Source: an uncultured Verrucomicrobiae bacterium (GTDB lineage: Bacteria > Verrucomicrobiota > Verrucomicrobiia > Chthoniobacterales > Chthoniobacteraceae). Taken from it: DNA of 64,000 nucleotides. The notes under the pieces are model-generated. The model had not been told where the DNA came from. It made no database searches and saw only the letters and a program-made list of their open reading frames with translations. Positions 38,501-50,500 of this stretch are shown here, in pieces. Location: the NCBI GenBank assembly GCA_963811035.1, contig CAWEPO010000004.1, forward strand, positions 6,331 through 70,330, read 5' to 3'. A program made the position numbers and the translations under genes. Numbering within the stretch: the first letter of the stretch is position 1; each line of letters starts with the position of its first letter.

Positions 38501-41500
38501 CGGAGATGATGCCGGAGATGTTCAGGTCGGGAGCAACCTTCGAGAGTAGGTTCGTGGTGACGCTGATCACCGGGGCGGCGTTCGTAAGGTTCAGCGAGCC
38601 GGTGCCGCCGATCGTGGCGACGGAGCCGATATTGTCGCTCGAAGCGCTAATCGGAACCGCGGCGCCGAGGCGGAGGACGCCGGTGGCAACGCCAGGGAGG
38701 ACGATGCTCGGGTTGGCGGTGCCGCCGTTGTTGTTGAAGGTGAGGCTATTGAGGTCGTAGCTCGTCGAGGCGGTGGTGAGGCCCGCGAGGGTGAACGTGC
38801 CGCCGCCGTTGACGGTCACGTTCGCGGTGGGCGACATCTGCAGGTTCGCCGTCGCGGTCGTGTTGACGGTGCCGCCGTTGTTGATCGTGAGGTCGCCGGG
38901 AAGGACGACCGAATTCGCGACCGAGCCAGCCATGGTGACGGTTCCGGAATTCACGACCGTGCCGCCGCTGTACAGATTGGCGGCGGAGAGCGTGAGCGGG
39001 GCGTTCCCCGTGCCGGACTTCACGAGCGTGACCGCCCCCCCAGCGTTGTTCGCGATGACCGCGGAGACCGTCATCGCGTTGGTGGTGTTGTTCAGGGCGA
39101 AGAAGAGTTCGCCACCCACACCCGCGGCGCCGGCGGTCAGGGCGCCGTTGGTGATGCTGGTATTCGCCAGGTTCGCGCTGCTGCGCATGATGCCGCCGGC
39201 CGTGACCGCAAGGATGCCGCCATTCAGATCGAGCGTCGCGCCCGTGGTGCCGGTGGGCGCAATTTGCAGCGAATTAACCGTATTCCCCCCGGTGGCGAGC
39301 TGAACGGCCGTGGCGGAGTTGACCTGCACGCTGTAGTTGCCAGTGGCGGTGGTGGCGGCGCCCTGCAGACCGGTCGCGGTGATGTTCGTGTACGCCGTGG
39401 AGTTCAGCGGGACGATGCCGGCCGCAGTGAAGGTCACAGTGGGCGCGCCGCTCGCGGTCGCATTCTGCGAAATGGTGAACGCGGTGCCGCTGGTAATCGC
39501 GGTGATGAACGAGCCCGCCGGGATGCCGGTGCCGCTGACCGGCTGTCCGACAACCATCTGCGCGGTGTTGCCCGCGGTGAGGGTGACCGCGTTGGTATTC
39601 ACGACGGTGGTGGCGGCGAGCGATTGCGCCGCGGCGTTGGTGGCCCAGCTATCGCTCGCGGCGGCGGTGGCGCCCGCGGTGGCCCAGCCACCGAGGATGT
39701 TGCCGGTGAGCGCCGGGACGTTGGTCAGGAAGATCTGGCCGGCGCCGGGGAGGGTCGAGCCGAGGCCCGCGGCATTGAAGACGGCGGCAGCGCCGGAGCT
39801 GCGGGTGATCGTGCCGATGGTGAGGGCAGCGGTACCATTCGTGGCGACGGCGGGCGGGGTGACGGTGACCGTATTCAGGCCCTGGAGCAGGCTGACGCCG
39901 GCACCGGTGGAACCGATGGTCGTGTTGGTATTGGCCTGGTTGGCGCCGGTGAGGGCGATCGTGCCGCCGTTCAGATTCAGCAGGGCGCCCGCGGCGATGC
40001 GGGCGTTGTTGTTGGCCAGGCCGTTGTTGACCAGGTTCAGCGCGCCGCCATTCAAGTTGATGGTGGTGCTGGCGAGGGTGCCGCTGTCCTGCAGCGTGAG
40101 GCCGGTGCCCTGAATGGTCGTGGTGCCGGTGTAGGTGTTCGCGCCGGTGAGGACGAGCGTGCTGGCGCCGGCCTTGTAGAAGTTGAGCGCGCCGCCGATC
40201 GAGCCAGCGAAGGTGGAGCCGGTCGCGGTGCTGCTGATCAGGTTCGCCGCGGCAGTGCTGGTGATCGTGCCGCCAGTGCCGCCGAGGGCGTTGTTGTTGC
40301 TGATCGCGGCGACGACCTGGTCCTGGCCGTTGAGGTCGAGGGTGCCGCCGTTGATCGCCACGGCTTGGGCGGTCGCCGCGGTATTCGAGACGGCGATGGC
40401 GAGCGTGTTGGCGGCGCCGGTGTTCAAATTCAGCGTGCCGCCGTTCACGGTGGTGGTACCGGTGTAGTACGCCGGGAAGTTCACGTTGAGCGTGCCGGGG
40501 TCGGCCTTCGTGAGGCCGCCGGTAGTGCCGGTGAGGAAGCCGTTGAGGTCGAGCACGGTGGCGGCGCCGACCGTGTGGAAATGGTACTGAACATTGCCGG
40601 TCGTGGTGAGCGACCCGACGTTCAACGCGGTGCTGGTATTCGCGAAGACGCCGCCGGTGGTGAGCGTGAGGCTATTGAGCGCGGCACCCGCATTGTAGCG
40701 CTGGAGCACGCCGCCCTGGATCGACTGGCCCGCGCCATTCGAGCTGATGCCGTTGGCGGTGATGAGCGAGAGGCTGTTTGCGGAGGTCGTGGTCGCGGCG
40801 GCGTTCGTGTAGGTCTGCGGCGCGGCGAAGTTGCCGAAGTTCGTGGTCGCACTCGTGGCGAGCGTCGTGGCGAGCTCGGCCGTGGTAAGCGGGCGGAAGC
40901 CGCCGGTGACGGAATCCTTGGTCAGGAACCCGGTCGGAGCACCGCCGGCGGTGTTGGCGCCGAGGATGTCGGAGCGGATGGAATTGGTGACGCCGCCGTT
41001 GGCATTGGTGGCGCCGTTGACGCCGCCGCCCTGGCCGGCGAGGAAGTTCGCCGTCGTGGCGGTGAACGTCGCGTTGCCCGCTCCTGCGGCGAGGTTGAGG
41101 TTATCGCCCGAGAGCACGGCGCTGCCGCCCGTGGCCTGGGCGGCCAGCGTGGTGACCGCGAAAGCGGTGCCGAGGCCGCCCGCACCGGTGAGCGCAATCA
41201 CACCGCCGCCATTGCTGATGGTGAGCGTGCCGATGGTCTCGCTGACCGCGGCCGAGCCGTTGCCGTTCATGGCCAACGTGCCGCCGCTGATGGTGACGTT
41301 CTTGGTCGCGCCGCCGAGGCGGTTGTTGAGGCCCGTGCCGCTGTTGTCGAGCGACAGCGTGCCGCCGGAGTTGAGCGTGTCGGTGCCGAAGAGCATCTGG
41401 CCGGCCGCGCTAAGGATCACGCTGCCTTGATTGACGGCGAGGGTGCCGGTCGAGGTGTTGGTGTTCGTGAGGTTGAGCGAACCGGTGCCGATCTTCGCGA

Positions 41501-44500
41501 GGTTCAGCGCGTTCGTGCCCTGCGCGAGGATGCCGGCGAAAGTGCTGCTCGCATTCCCGAGGCCGACCGTCAGGGCCGCCGCCGCGCCGGAGTTCGTCAC
41601 GAGCCCGCCGAGCAGGGCGGTCTCGCCGGAGAGCGAGCCGATGGTGGTGGCGAGGCCGGCGATATCGAACGTGCCAGTGCTGCCGACGACCAACGCGGTG
41701 GTGAGCGGCAGCGCATTGGCGACCGTGTTCATCTGGAGCAGGCCGGCGCTCACGGTGGTGCCGCCGGTGTAAATGTTGCCGGCGTTCGCGATGCGCAGGA
41801 TGCCGTCGCCGGCTTTGCTGAGGCCGCCGTTGGCGATCTGGCCGCCGAGCGTGGAGATGTTCAGCGGGCTGGTGACCGTGACCGTGCGGGTCGCCCCGCC
41901 GAGGTTGGTCACGCCGTTGAGCGTCACGCCATTGACCGCGAGCGGGCCGCCGAAGGTGAAGTTGCCGTTGACGTTGACGTTGTTCGCGATCGCGCGCACG
42001 GCGGTGCCTGATTGCAGCGTCGTGTTCGCGGCAATCGAGAGAGCGCCGATGCCCAGCGGACCGGTGCTGGTGGAAATGAGCGGGCTGCCGGCAGTGCTCG
42101 GCGTGCTGGCGGCATCGAGAATCAGGGTGCCACCATTGAGCGCGAGGCCCGTCGTCCAGTTGCTGCTGGCGCTATTGAGCACCAGCGAGCCGGCGCCAGT
42201 CTTGCTGACCGCGTTGGTATTGCCGGCGTTCTGCGTGATCGCCGCGCTGATGATCAGGCCCATCGGCGAGAGGCCGGTGACGTTGATCACCGGGCTGGCA
42301 TTGCTGAACTCGAGCGAGGCGAACTGCGTCGCCGAGGTGAAGGTACCGCTGATCGCCGGCGTGGTCGCGTAGTTGTCGTTGACCGCGGTGATGGCGGCCG
42401 CGCCGGAGAGGATGACCTTGCTGACCTGGCCCGCGGCCGGGGCGCCGAGCGCGAGGGCGGGAGTGGTCGTGCCGCCGTTGTTGTTGAAGGCGACGCTGGC
42501 GAGCGTGTTGGTGATCGTGGTGGCGGGCGCGACGGCGGTGTAGTTCGGGAACGTGAGCGAGCCGCTGCCGTTGATCGTGACGGCGGTGGCCGGGGCGATG
42601 AGGCCGAAGTTGGCGGTGCCGCCGAAGTTCACCGCGCCGCCATTGATCGTGAGCCCGCCGGCGGAGGGAACGACCACCTGACCGGGACCGGCCGGAGTGA
42701 GTGTGAGGGTGGCGCCGTTATTGACCACGGTGCCGCCGGTGTAGTTATTGCCCGGAGTGCCGATGACGATCTGGTTCGTGGCCAGCGCCGCGGTGGTGGC
42801 GGCGGAAATCGTAACCGTGGTGCCGACGATGTTCGTGATGGTCGCACCTGCAGGCATGCCCGCGACCGTGCCGAAAAGGGGCTGCCCGATGTACATCGTT
42901 GCCGCCTGCGCCGCCGTGACGCCGGTGAGCGTGGTCGCGCCGGAAGCGGCAGTAACGCCGGCCAGCGTGGTAGCGCCAGTCGAGCCGAAGGTGAGGAAGT
43001 CGTTTGCGCTCGTGGTGGCGGCGTTCGAAAGGACGATGGTGGTGGTGCCGCCGCCGCTGACGATCGTCGTATTCGCCGGAATGCCAGGTCCGCTCACGCT
43101 CTGACCATCGAAGGTCCCGGTGCCGGAGCCGAGGGTCACGGTGGTGGTGCCGTTGGTCGTGGCCGCTTTGGGGAGCGTGGAAGTGCCGTCCGTTAGCACG
43201 ATCGTGCTGCCACCGGTGCCGGCGGAGAAGACCGCCTTGTTGGCGCCGGTGATGCGGCTGTTGATCGTCCAGGTGTTCTGATTGTTGAAGAGAAAGAGCT
43301 CGGCTGCGGGCGAGGTCAGGCGGCCGTAATCGATGTTCTGCCCCGCGGCGCTGGTGACGTTGCCGGTGTGAAGGAAGCCGCCGGTGGTCAGCGTCAGCGT
43401 GTCGGAGAATAGCGTGTAGGTCAGGTTGTTGCCGGCGGTCGTGACGGTATGGTTGAACGAGTTGAGGCTCGTGGCGCCGCTGACGTTGGTGTTGAAGTTG
43501 CCGGTCGCCTTCGTGTTCGCGGTAGCCGCACTCGTGATATTGCCCGCGGCCGTGATGGTGGTGGTGTAGTCCGCGAAGCCGGAGCCGAGGTCGCCCAGGA
43601 GCCCGACGCCGACCGCGCCGCTGGCGGAGGGCGTGGTGAGGTAGGTGAGGAAGTCCGTGCCATTGCCGATCGCCCATCCGCCAATCAGGTTCTGAGTAAC
43701 CGCCGGCGGAGTTGAGAAGGTCAACTGCGGGCTCTGGCCGGCCGTGAGCGCCGTGCCGCGGCCGATCTGGCCGGTGCCGGTGGTGATATTCAGCATGGCG
43801 CCAGAGCCCGCGGTGCGCGCGAGCGTGGTGCCGGAAAGATTGACGCTGCCGCCGATACCAGGCTGCGCCTGGATGGCGATCAGGTTCTGCCCGCCCGCGA
43901 GGGTGAGCGCGCCGATGTTCGTGACCGTCTCGCCCTCAAGGCGCGGCGTGACGGAGAGGGTGCCGCCGGTGAGATTGATGGCCGAGCCGCCGGTGCGCGA
44001 CGCAATGTGCGAGAGGCTGCTGTTGACGAGGCTCAACGTGGCGAAGTTCGCATTGATCGCGCCGCCGCCGGTGAGCGCGCCGTTATCCTGGAGGACGAGC
44101 GAGCCGCCGCGGATGTTCGTCGCGCCGGTGTAGGGGCTGGCGCTGGTGAGCGTGAAGGCGTTCGCGCCGGATTTGTCGAGGCTGAGATTGTTGCCGCCGG
44201 TGCCGCCGATGATCCCGGCAAAGGTGGTCACCGGGTTGTTCGTAAAGAGCGTGGCGGGCGTGGCGCTGGTATTGACCAGCGAGCCGGCGTTGGCGGCGAA
44301 GTTCGCGCCGCTGGTATTGGTCAGGCGGGCGACGGCCTGGCTGTTGCCGTTCAGGTCGAGCGTGCCGCTGTTGATGATCAAGTCCTGCACCGTGGCCGTG
44401 GTGGCGGTGGGCACGACGAGCAGCGTGTTGGCGCCGGCGCCGAGCTTCACGGTGCCTTCGTTCACGAAGAAGTTGGTCGCGACGAGGCTCTTCTGGTTCA

Positions 44501-47500
44501 GGTTGAGCGTGCCCGGGCCGTCCTTGACGATCGAAGCGCCGCCCGCGCCGGTGATGTAGGCCGTGCTGGTGAGATCGCCGAGCGCGTGCAGGTAGAGCGC
44601 GCTGACGCCGGCCGTCGAAATGGCGCCGCCGGTGAGACCGAGGTTGCCCGTCTTCGCCAGCAACGCCGCGCTGCTGGTGCCCGTGCTGAGGGTGAGCGTA
44701 TTGATCGCACCCGCCGCATTGAAGAGCGGCCCGGCGAGCCCGCCGGAGAGCGACGTGACGCCACCGCCGCTGGAAAGCGTCAGGCTGTTCAGCGCGGTGC
44801 CGGCATACATCCCGACCGCGGTGGAAACGTCCGCGTTCGCGGTCGTCGCCGCATTCGAGGTCACGCCGCCAGTCGCCGCGAAGATCGCCGGCGCCGCATT
44901 GCCAAGATAGACGGCGCTCGCGGTATTCGGATTGAAGTAGCCGAGCGCGGTGTCGGCGGAGGTGAGCAGGCGGAACCCATTCGCGTCGCTGGTGACGAGG
45001 CCGACGCCGGAGGAATCGATGCCGATGAAGTCGGGCCGGATATTCGCGACCACGTTGGTCGTCGTGGCGATGACGTTCACGCGGCCGGAGGCAGCCGTGC
45101 CGCCGCCGAGTTGGCCGGAGCCCGCGTTGAGGGTGAGCGAGCCGCGATTGGTGGTGCTGGAAGCGGCCACGCTCGCCATCGAGATCGTCGTCGGCGCCGT
45201 GCCGGCGGTGAGCGTCCACTGGCTGGACCCTTCCAGGTTCGTGACCGTATTCAGCGCTTCCGTGACGCTGCTGGCGCCGCCGAGGAAATTGAGCGTGCCG
45301 CCGCGCATGCTGATCGCGCGATCCGGCGTGGCCGCGCCGATGCTGGTGGTGCCGCCGAGGCGGTTGGAGAGGGCGTTCGTGCTATTATCGAGCGTGAGCG
45401 TGCCGCCTTCCGAGAGGATGGTGGTGATGAAGCCGTTGCGCGCCGTCGCGCTGTCGAGCGTCACGGTGCCGTTCGCGACCTGCAAGGTTCCGACGATGGA
45501 CGCGGAGTTATCTGCGCCCAGATTCCAGTTGCCCGTGCCGATCTTGGTCACATTCAAGATGCCGCTGGTGTAGTCGCTGGTGATCGTGCCGGTGAAGGAG
45601 GTGTTGGCAACGTTGTCCGAGCCGGTGACGAGCGTGCCCGCCGTGTTGAAGCTGAAGTTCTTGATCGTGCCGGAGCCGACGACGGAGCCGATTTGGGTGT
45701 TCGTCTGGCCGCGCAGATCGAGAATGGCGCCGCTGGTCAGATTCACCTGCGCGTTCGCGAAGTTCGAGCCGCCGCCGGTGTTCGGCCCGAGGACGATCGT
45801 GCCGTCGTTGACGTTGATCGTGGTAACGCTGGTGCTGACGCCGCCGAGTTGGAGCACGCCGGCGCCGGTTTTGTTGATGGTCGCGCCGCCGAAGATATTG
45901 GCATTCAGGGCGAGGCCGATCTGGCCGTTGCCGTTCACCGCGGTACCGCCCACGGTGGCGACATTGATGCCGATGGTGCTCGGCAGGCTGACGTTGCCGG
46001 CCAGGACCGGGACCACGCCGACGTTGGAGAGGTTCGTCGCGGAGATGGAGCCGCCACTGGCGATCGTGAGCGTGCCCGCGCCGGTCTGCACGAGCGGACC
46101 TTGGTTGGCATTGCTGCCGCCTTGCGAATTGAAGGCGAGGTTCGCGATGGTGTCGTTGAAGCCGTTGAGATCGAGCTGGGAGGTGCCGCGGACGGTAACG
46201 GTGGCGGCGTCCGCGATCTGATTGGCTGCCTGGAGCCGGACCGCCGCATTCGCGATCAGGTTCGAGTCGGTGCCGTTGATGGTGCCGCCGTTGATGATGA
46301 GATTGCCGGTGATCGCGTTCGCCGTGGTCGACGGCACGAAATTCGTCGTGGCATTCACGGGCGGGGCGCCCAGATTGACGATCACGCCATTCGCGTAGGC
46401 GCTGCCCACGTAGCTGTTGGCGTTGTTCAGCGTGATGACCTGGCCACCGGTCAGGGACATGGAATCCATGACCAGGTTCAGGGTGCCGGTGATGTCGGAA
46501 TTGACGATCAGGCCGTTGGCAGAGCCGCTGTGGAGGAAGAGTTCGCTCCCACCAGAGGTTAGCTTGCCGCGCACCGCGGTGCTGCCGATCGTGCGCGCAT
46601 TGGCATCCGTGCCCGCAATGACGCCGCCGCTCGTGACGGTGAGCGTATCGGTGGCAGTCGGGAAGGCGACGGTGACGGCGGCGCCGTTCATGGTCAGCGA
46701 ATTGATGGTCTGATTGCCCGCGACCGGGACGATGGTGCCGTTGGCCCCAAGGCGCAGGTTGCTGGCGCCGAGCGAGGTGGCGAAGCTGGTGGTCTGCTGA
46801 ACCAGGTTGAGCGGGCGGAAGCCGGCGTTCACGTCGTAGGTGACGAAGTCGGCGTTGGAGTTGGCGGTCGTCCCATTGGAGGTGATCGCGGTGAGCCAGC
46901 CGCCGACGATGCCGTTGGTGTTCGTAGTAAGGCTGCCGGCGGCGGCGGTCAGGAACGGGTTGTCGCCGAAGACGCCGTTGCCGCTGGTGAAGGTGAGCGT
47001 TGAACCCGTCGAGCGGTTAAACGTGCCGCCAAGGTGAATGGTGGACACACCGAAGTTCGCCGCGCCACCCGCGGACTGCCGGATCAGCGCATTGCCGCCG
47101 GCGAGGCTGATATCGCCGAGCGTGACGAGGCTGTTCGTGCCGGCCCGGCTGAGCACCTCGAAGGCGCCGCCGTCGAACGTGATGGGGACGTTGCTGGCGA
47201 TGCGGCTGGCCAGCGCCTGGAGGCCGGTGTCGTTCCACTGGAGCACTGCGTTGTTCAGGAAGATGCCCGAGGTGCCGGAGAGACGGCCCTGGTCGATCAA
47301 CTGCGTCAGGCCGCCCATCAGCGTGGTGGTGCCGGTGTAGCTGTTATTGTCGGTGAGCGGCCAGGTCGCGGCGCCGCTGCCGCCGCTGCGAAGGAGGTTT
47401 AGATTGCCTTGAATTTGACCGGAGAAGACGAGGCCGCTGGTCTGAAGGGCGTGGAAGTCGACCGGCGTCCCGATCGCGGTATTCGTGACGATGCCGCCCG

Positions 47501-50500
47501 CACCCGGCAGCGTGGAGCCGACGACCAACTGCGAGACGGTCTGGCTATGGCCGTTGAGATCGAGGGTGGCGCCGGCGTTGATCACCAAGGGGTCGGCGCT
47601 CAGCGTAGCCACGACGGCGTTGATGGCCGGCGCAGCGGCGGCGCGATAGAAGAGCGCGTTGTCCGGCGCGTTTGTGCCGAACTTCACCAGGCCCATATTA
47701 AGCCGGGTCTGTCCCGTGTAGCTATTGCCGGTCGGTGAATTGAGGATCAGCGTGCCTTCGCCGCTTTTTGTGAGGCCGGCGGTGGGAGGCGTCAGCGGGC
47801 CGCCGATCGCCGGATCGATCGTCAAGGTCGTACTGCTGCCGTTCGTGTGGATGATGATGTTGTTCGCCGTGGTGGCGCTCAGGAAGCCCGTGCCCGTGAT
47901 CGCTGCGCTGTCTTTGGCCAGGATGCCGCCGCTATCGACTACCAGGTTGCGATTGCCGCTAATCCCAAGGCTGCCGCCGGTCTCGAACATCAGCGAGTTG
48001 ACCGTCGTCGTCGTAAAAGTCGTCGCGCCCGTCGCGCTGACGGTTACCGCTGCGGCGTTAATCCGGTTGTTGTTGGCCGCCGCGACCGTTGCACCGGCCG
48101 CCGGCGTGCTCATTTCCGTGGTGGTATTGAGCGGACGGATACCGGCGGTCGCATCGGCGGTGGCGAACGTCGCCGCGGCGCTGGTGCCGTTGCCCGTCGC
48201 GGATGGATCCGCGATGACCCACGGGATGATGCGAATATTCGCGCCGGTCGTCGCCGTCGTCCCCGAGAAGAGCGCCGTTGGCAAGTTGCCAAGGATGACA
48301 TTAGTATTGCCCGCGGCGGGAGCAGCGGAGCCCAAGTTCGTACCGCGGATCAGGGCCGTCCCTAGATTCGCGCGCTGAAGCGTGCCGTTCGTGGTCGTGC
48401 CCGAGGTGCTGATGCGGATGTTCTGGCCTGCGTTCGTCAGCGTAATGACGTTGTAGGCATTGTTGATGAGGATGTTGCCTTCGGCCACCAGCGCTTCGTT
48501 CACGGCCGTCGTGGCGTGGCCGATCAAATTTAGATGCGCGCCGGTCATGGTCACCGGCCGGGTGCCGAGACGCGAGATGCCGCTCGCCGTGTTGTCGAGC
48601 GTGAGTGTATTGACCGGAAGCCCGCCGGAGACGAGTCCCTGGCCGAGGGTGACGGTGCCGGCATTCCCGAGCGTGCCCGCACCACTCGCCACGATGCTGC
48701 CTTGGAAAAGCGTGGTGGCCGAGTAACTGTTCGCCGCGGTCAGCGTCAGGGTATTGGAACCGACCTTGGTGAGGGTGAAAGCGCCGCCCACCGGGCCGCC
48801 GAAAGCGAGATTGCCGCCCGCCAAACCGCCGCTGACCGAGTTGATCCAGTCAGAACCGACGCTGGTGTTCGCGCCGAGCGTGATGGCGCCGCCGAGCGTG
48901 GAGGTGCCTGCGGCGGTGTTGATCAGCGCGCCGAGCGTGTTGCGAGTCGGGACGTTGGCACGGCCCACACCGCTGATGGTGAACGGCTCGGAGTTGCTGA
49001 TGCCGTTGGTGTCGAGCACGGCCCCAGAGGCGATGGTGGTGCTGGTGGCCGTGGCGCCGAGCGCACCGGCGTGGCCGAGCTTCAGGGTGCCGAGGCTGAT
49101 GGTGACCGGCCCGAGTAGCGTTGCGGTGTTATCCGCGGTGAGGTTGAGGGTGTTGGTGCCCTGTTTGGTGAGGGTCAAGCCGGCGGCGGAATTGATCACG
49201 CCGAGCGTGAGGTCGCCGTAGCCGCCGACCGAGGCGCTGCTGCCGAGGGTCAGCGCATTGGCGAGGCTGGCGGCCGAAGCGCTGCTATTCCAGAGCGCGG
49301 CGCTGGAGCCCGCGGCCAAGGGAGCGGCGCCGGCGCCATTGATCGTGATGTTGCCGGTGACGGCCGTCTGACCGTTGAGATCCAGCATCGCGCCGGTGAG
49401 GTGGGTGAGCGTGACGTTGGCGGCGCCGCTCGCGGTGGCATTCGCCGACAGCGTGTACGTGGTGGCGTCGACGATATTGGCAATGTAAGCGCCCGCCGGG
49501 ATGCCGGTGCCGGTGACCAGCATGCCTTTTTGCAGCGCGGCGGTGCTGGTCACGGTGATCGTGGGGCTGCCGCTGACGGTGGTCGAGGTCGCGAGCGCCG
49601 TTCCCGCGCCGTTGTTGGCGACGGTGGTCTGGCCGGTGGGCAGCGCGCCGGGGCTGTTCAACTGCACGAAGCCGCTCTGGATCACCAGATCACCCGTGAA
49701 GGTCGAAGGCCCGGTGTAGACGCCTCCCAGGACCAGGGTGCCGCTGCCGGCCTTGATGAGCGCGTTGCTCGCGCCCGGGCCGCTGACGAGACCCGTGCCG
49801 CTTTGCGTGATCGGTCCGATGAGATTCAACACACCCGCGCCTTGCGTGGCGGTATTGCCGGTGTTGATGACCACGCCGCTGCCAATGACGCTGCTGCCGC
49901 CGGCGGCAAAGAAGCCGGTGCCGAAGCTGCCGGTCGTGCCATTGACGACGGTGAGCGCGGAGTTGTTGTCGAGCGTGAGGGTGCGGGTCTCTTTGATCAC
50001 GGCGCCGAACTGCGAGCCGAAGGTATCGATGGTCGCCGTATTTGGCGCCGCGGCGGTGCCGGCCGCGAGGGTGTAGTCGTTATCGATGATCGCCGCGCCC
50101 GCGTAGGCATTGGCCAGAGTGGGCGCCGCGGTGTTCTTGTAGAGGCGGGTGGGCGAAATCGTGGTGAAGCTGCCGCCCGTGTCGCTGCCCGAATAAAGCA
50201 CGCGCATGGCGCCGGTGCTGCCGCCGTTATACCCCTTGTAGACGATGGAGTGCAGGCCGGGCGTGAGATTCACCGTGACCGCACCGAGATCGGTGAGCGC
50301 GTGGCCGGTGGTGAGGGTGGCGGGATCGGTGATGATCGCGTTCCCATCGATGTACAGCACCATGCTGTCGTCGGCGCCGGCGCGGAAGGTGTAATTGCCG
50401 CCGCCGGTGACTTCGAGGAAGCCGTTGTAGACCGCCTCGCTCGTGCCCATGCTCGCGTTGGTCGCTTCCGCACGATTGCCGTAGACGCCGTCGTTCAGGC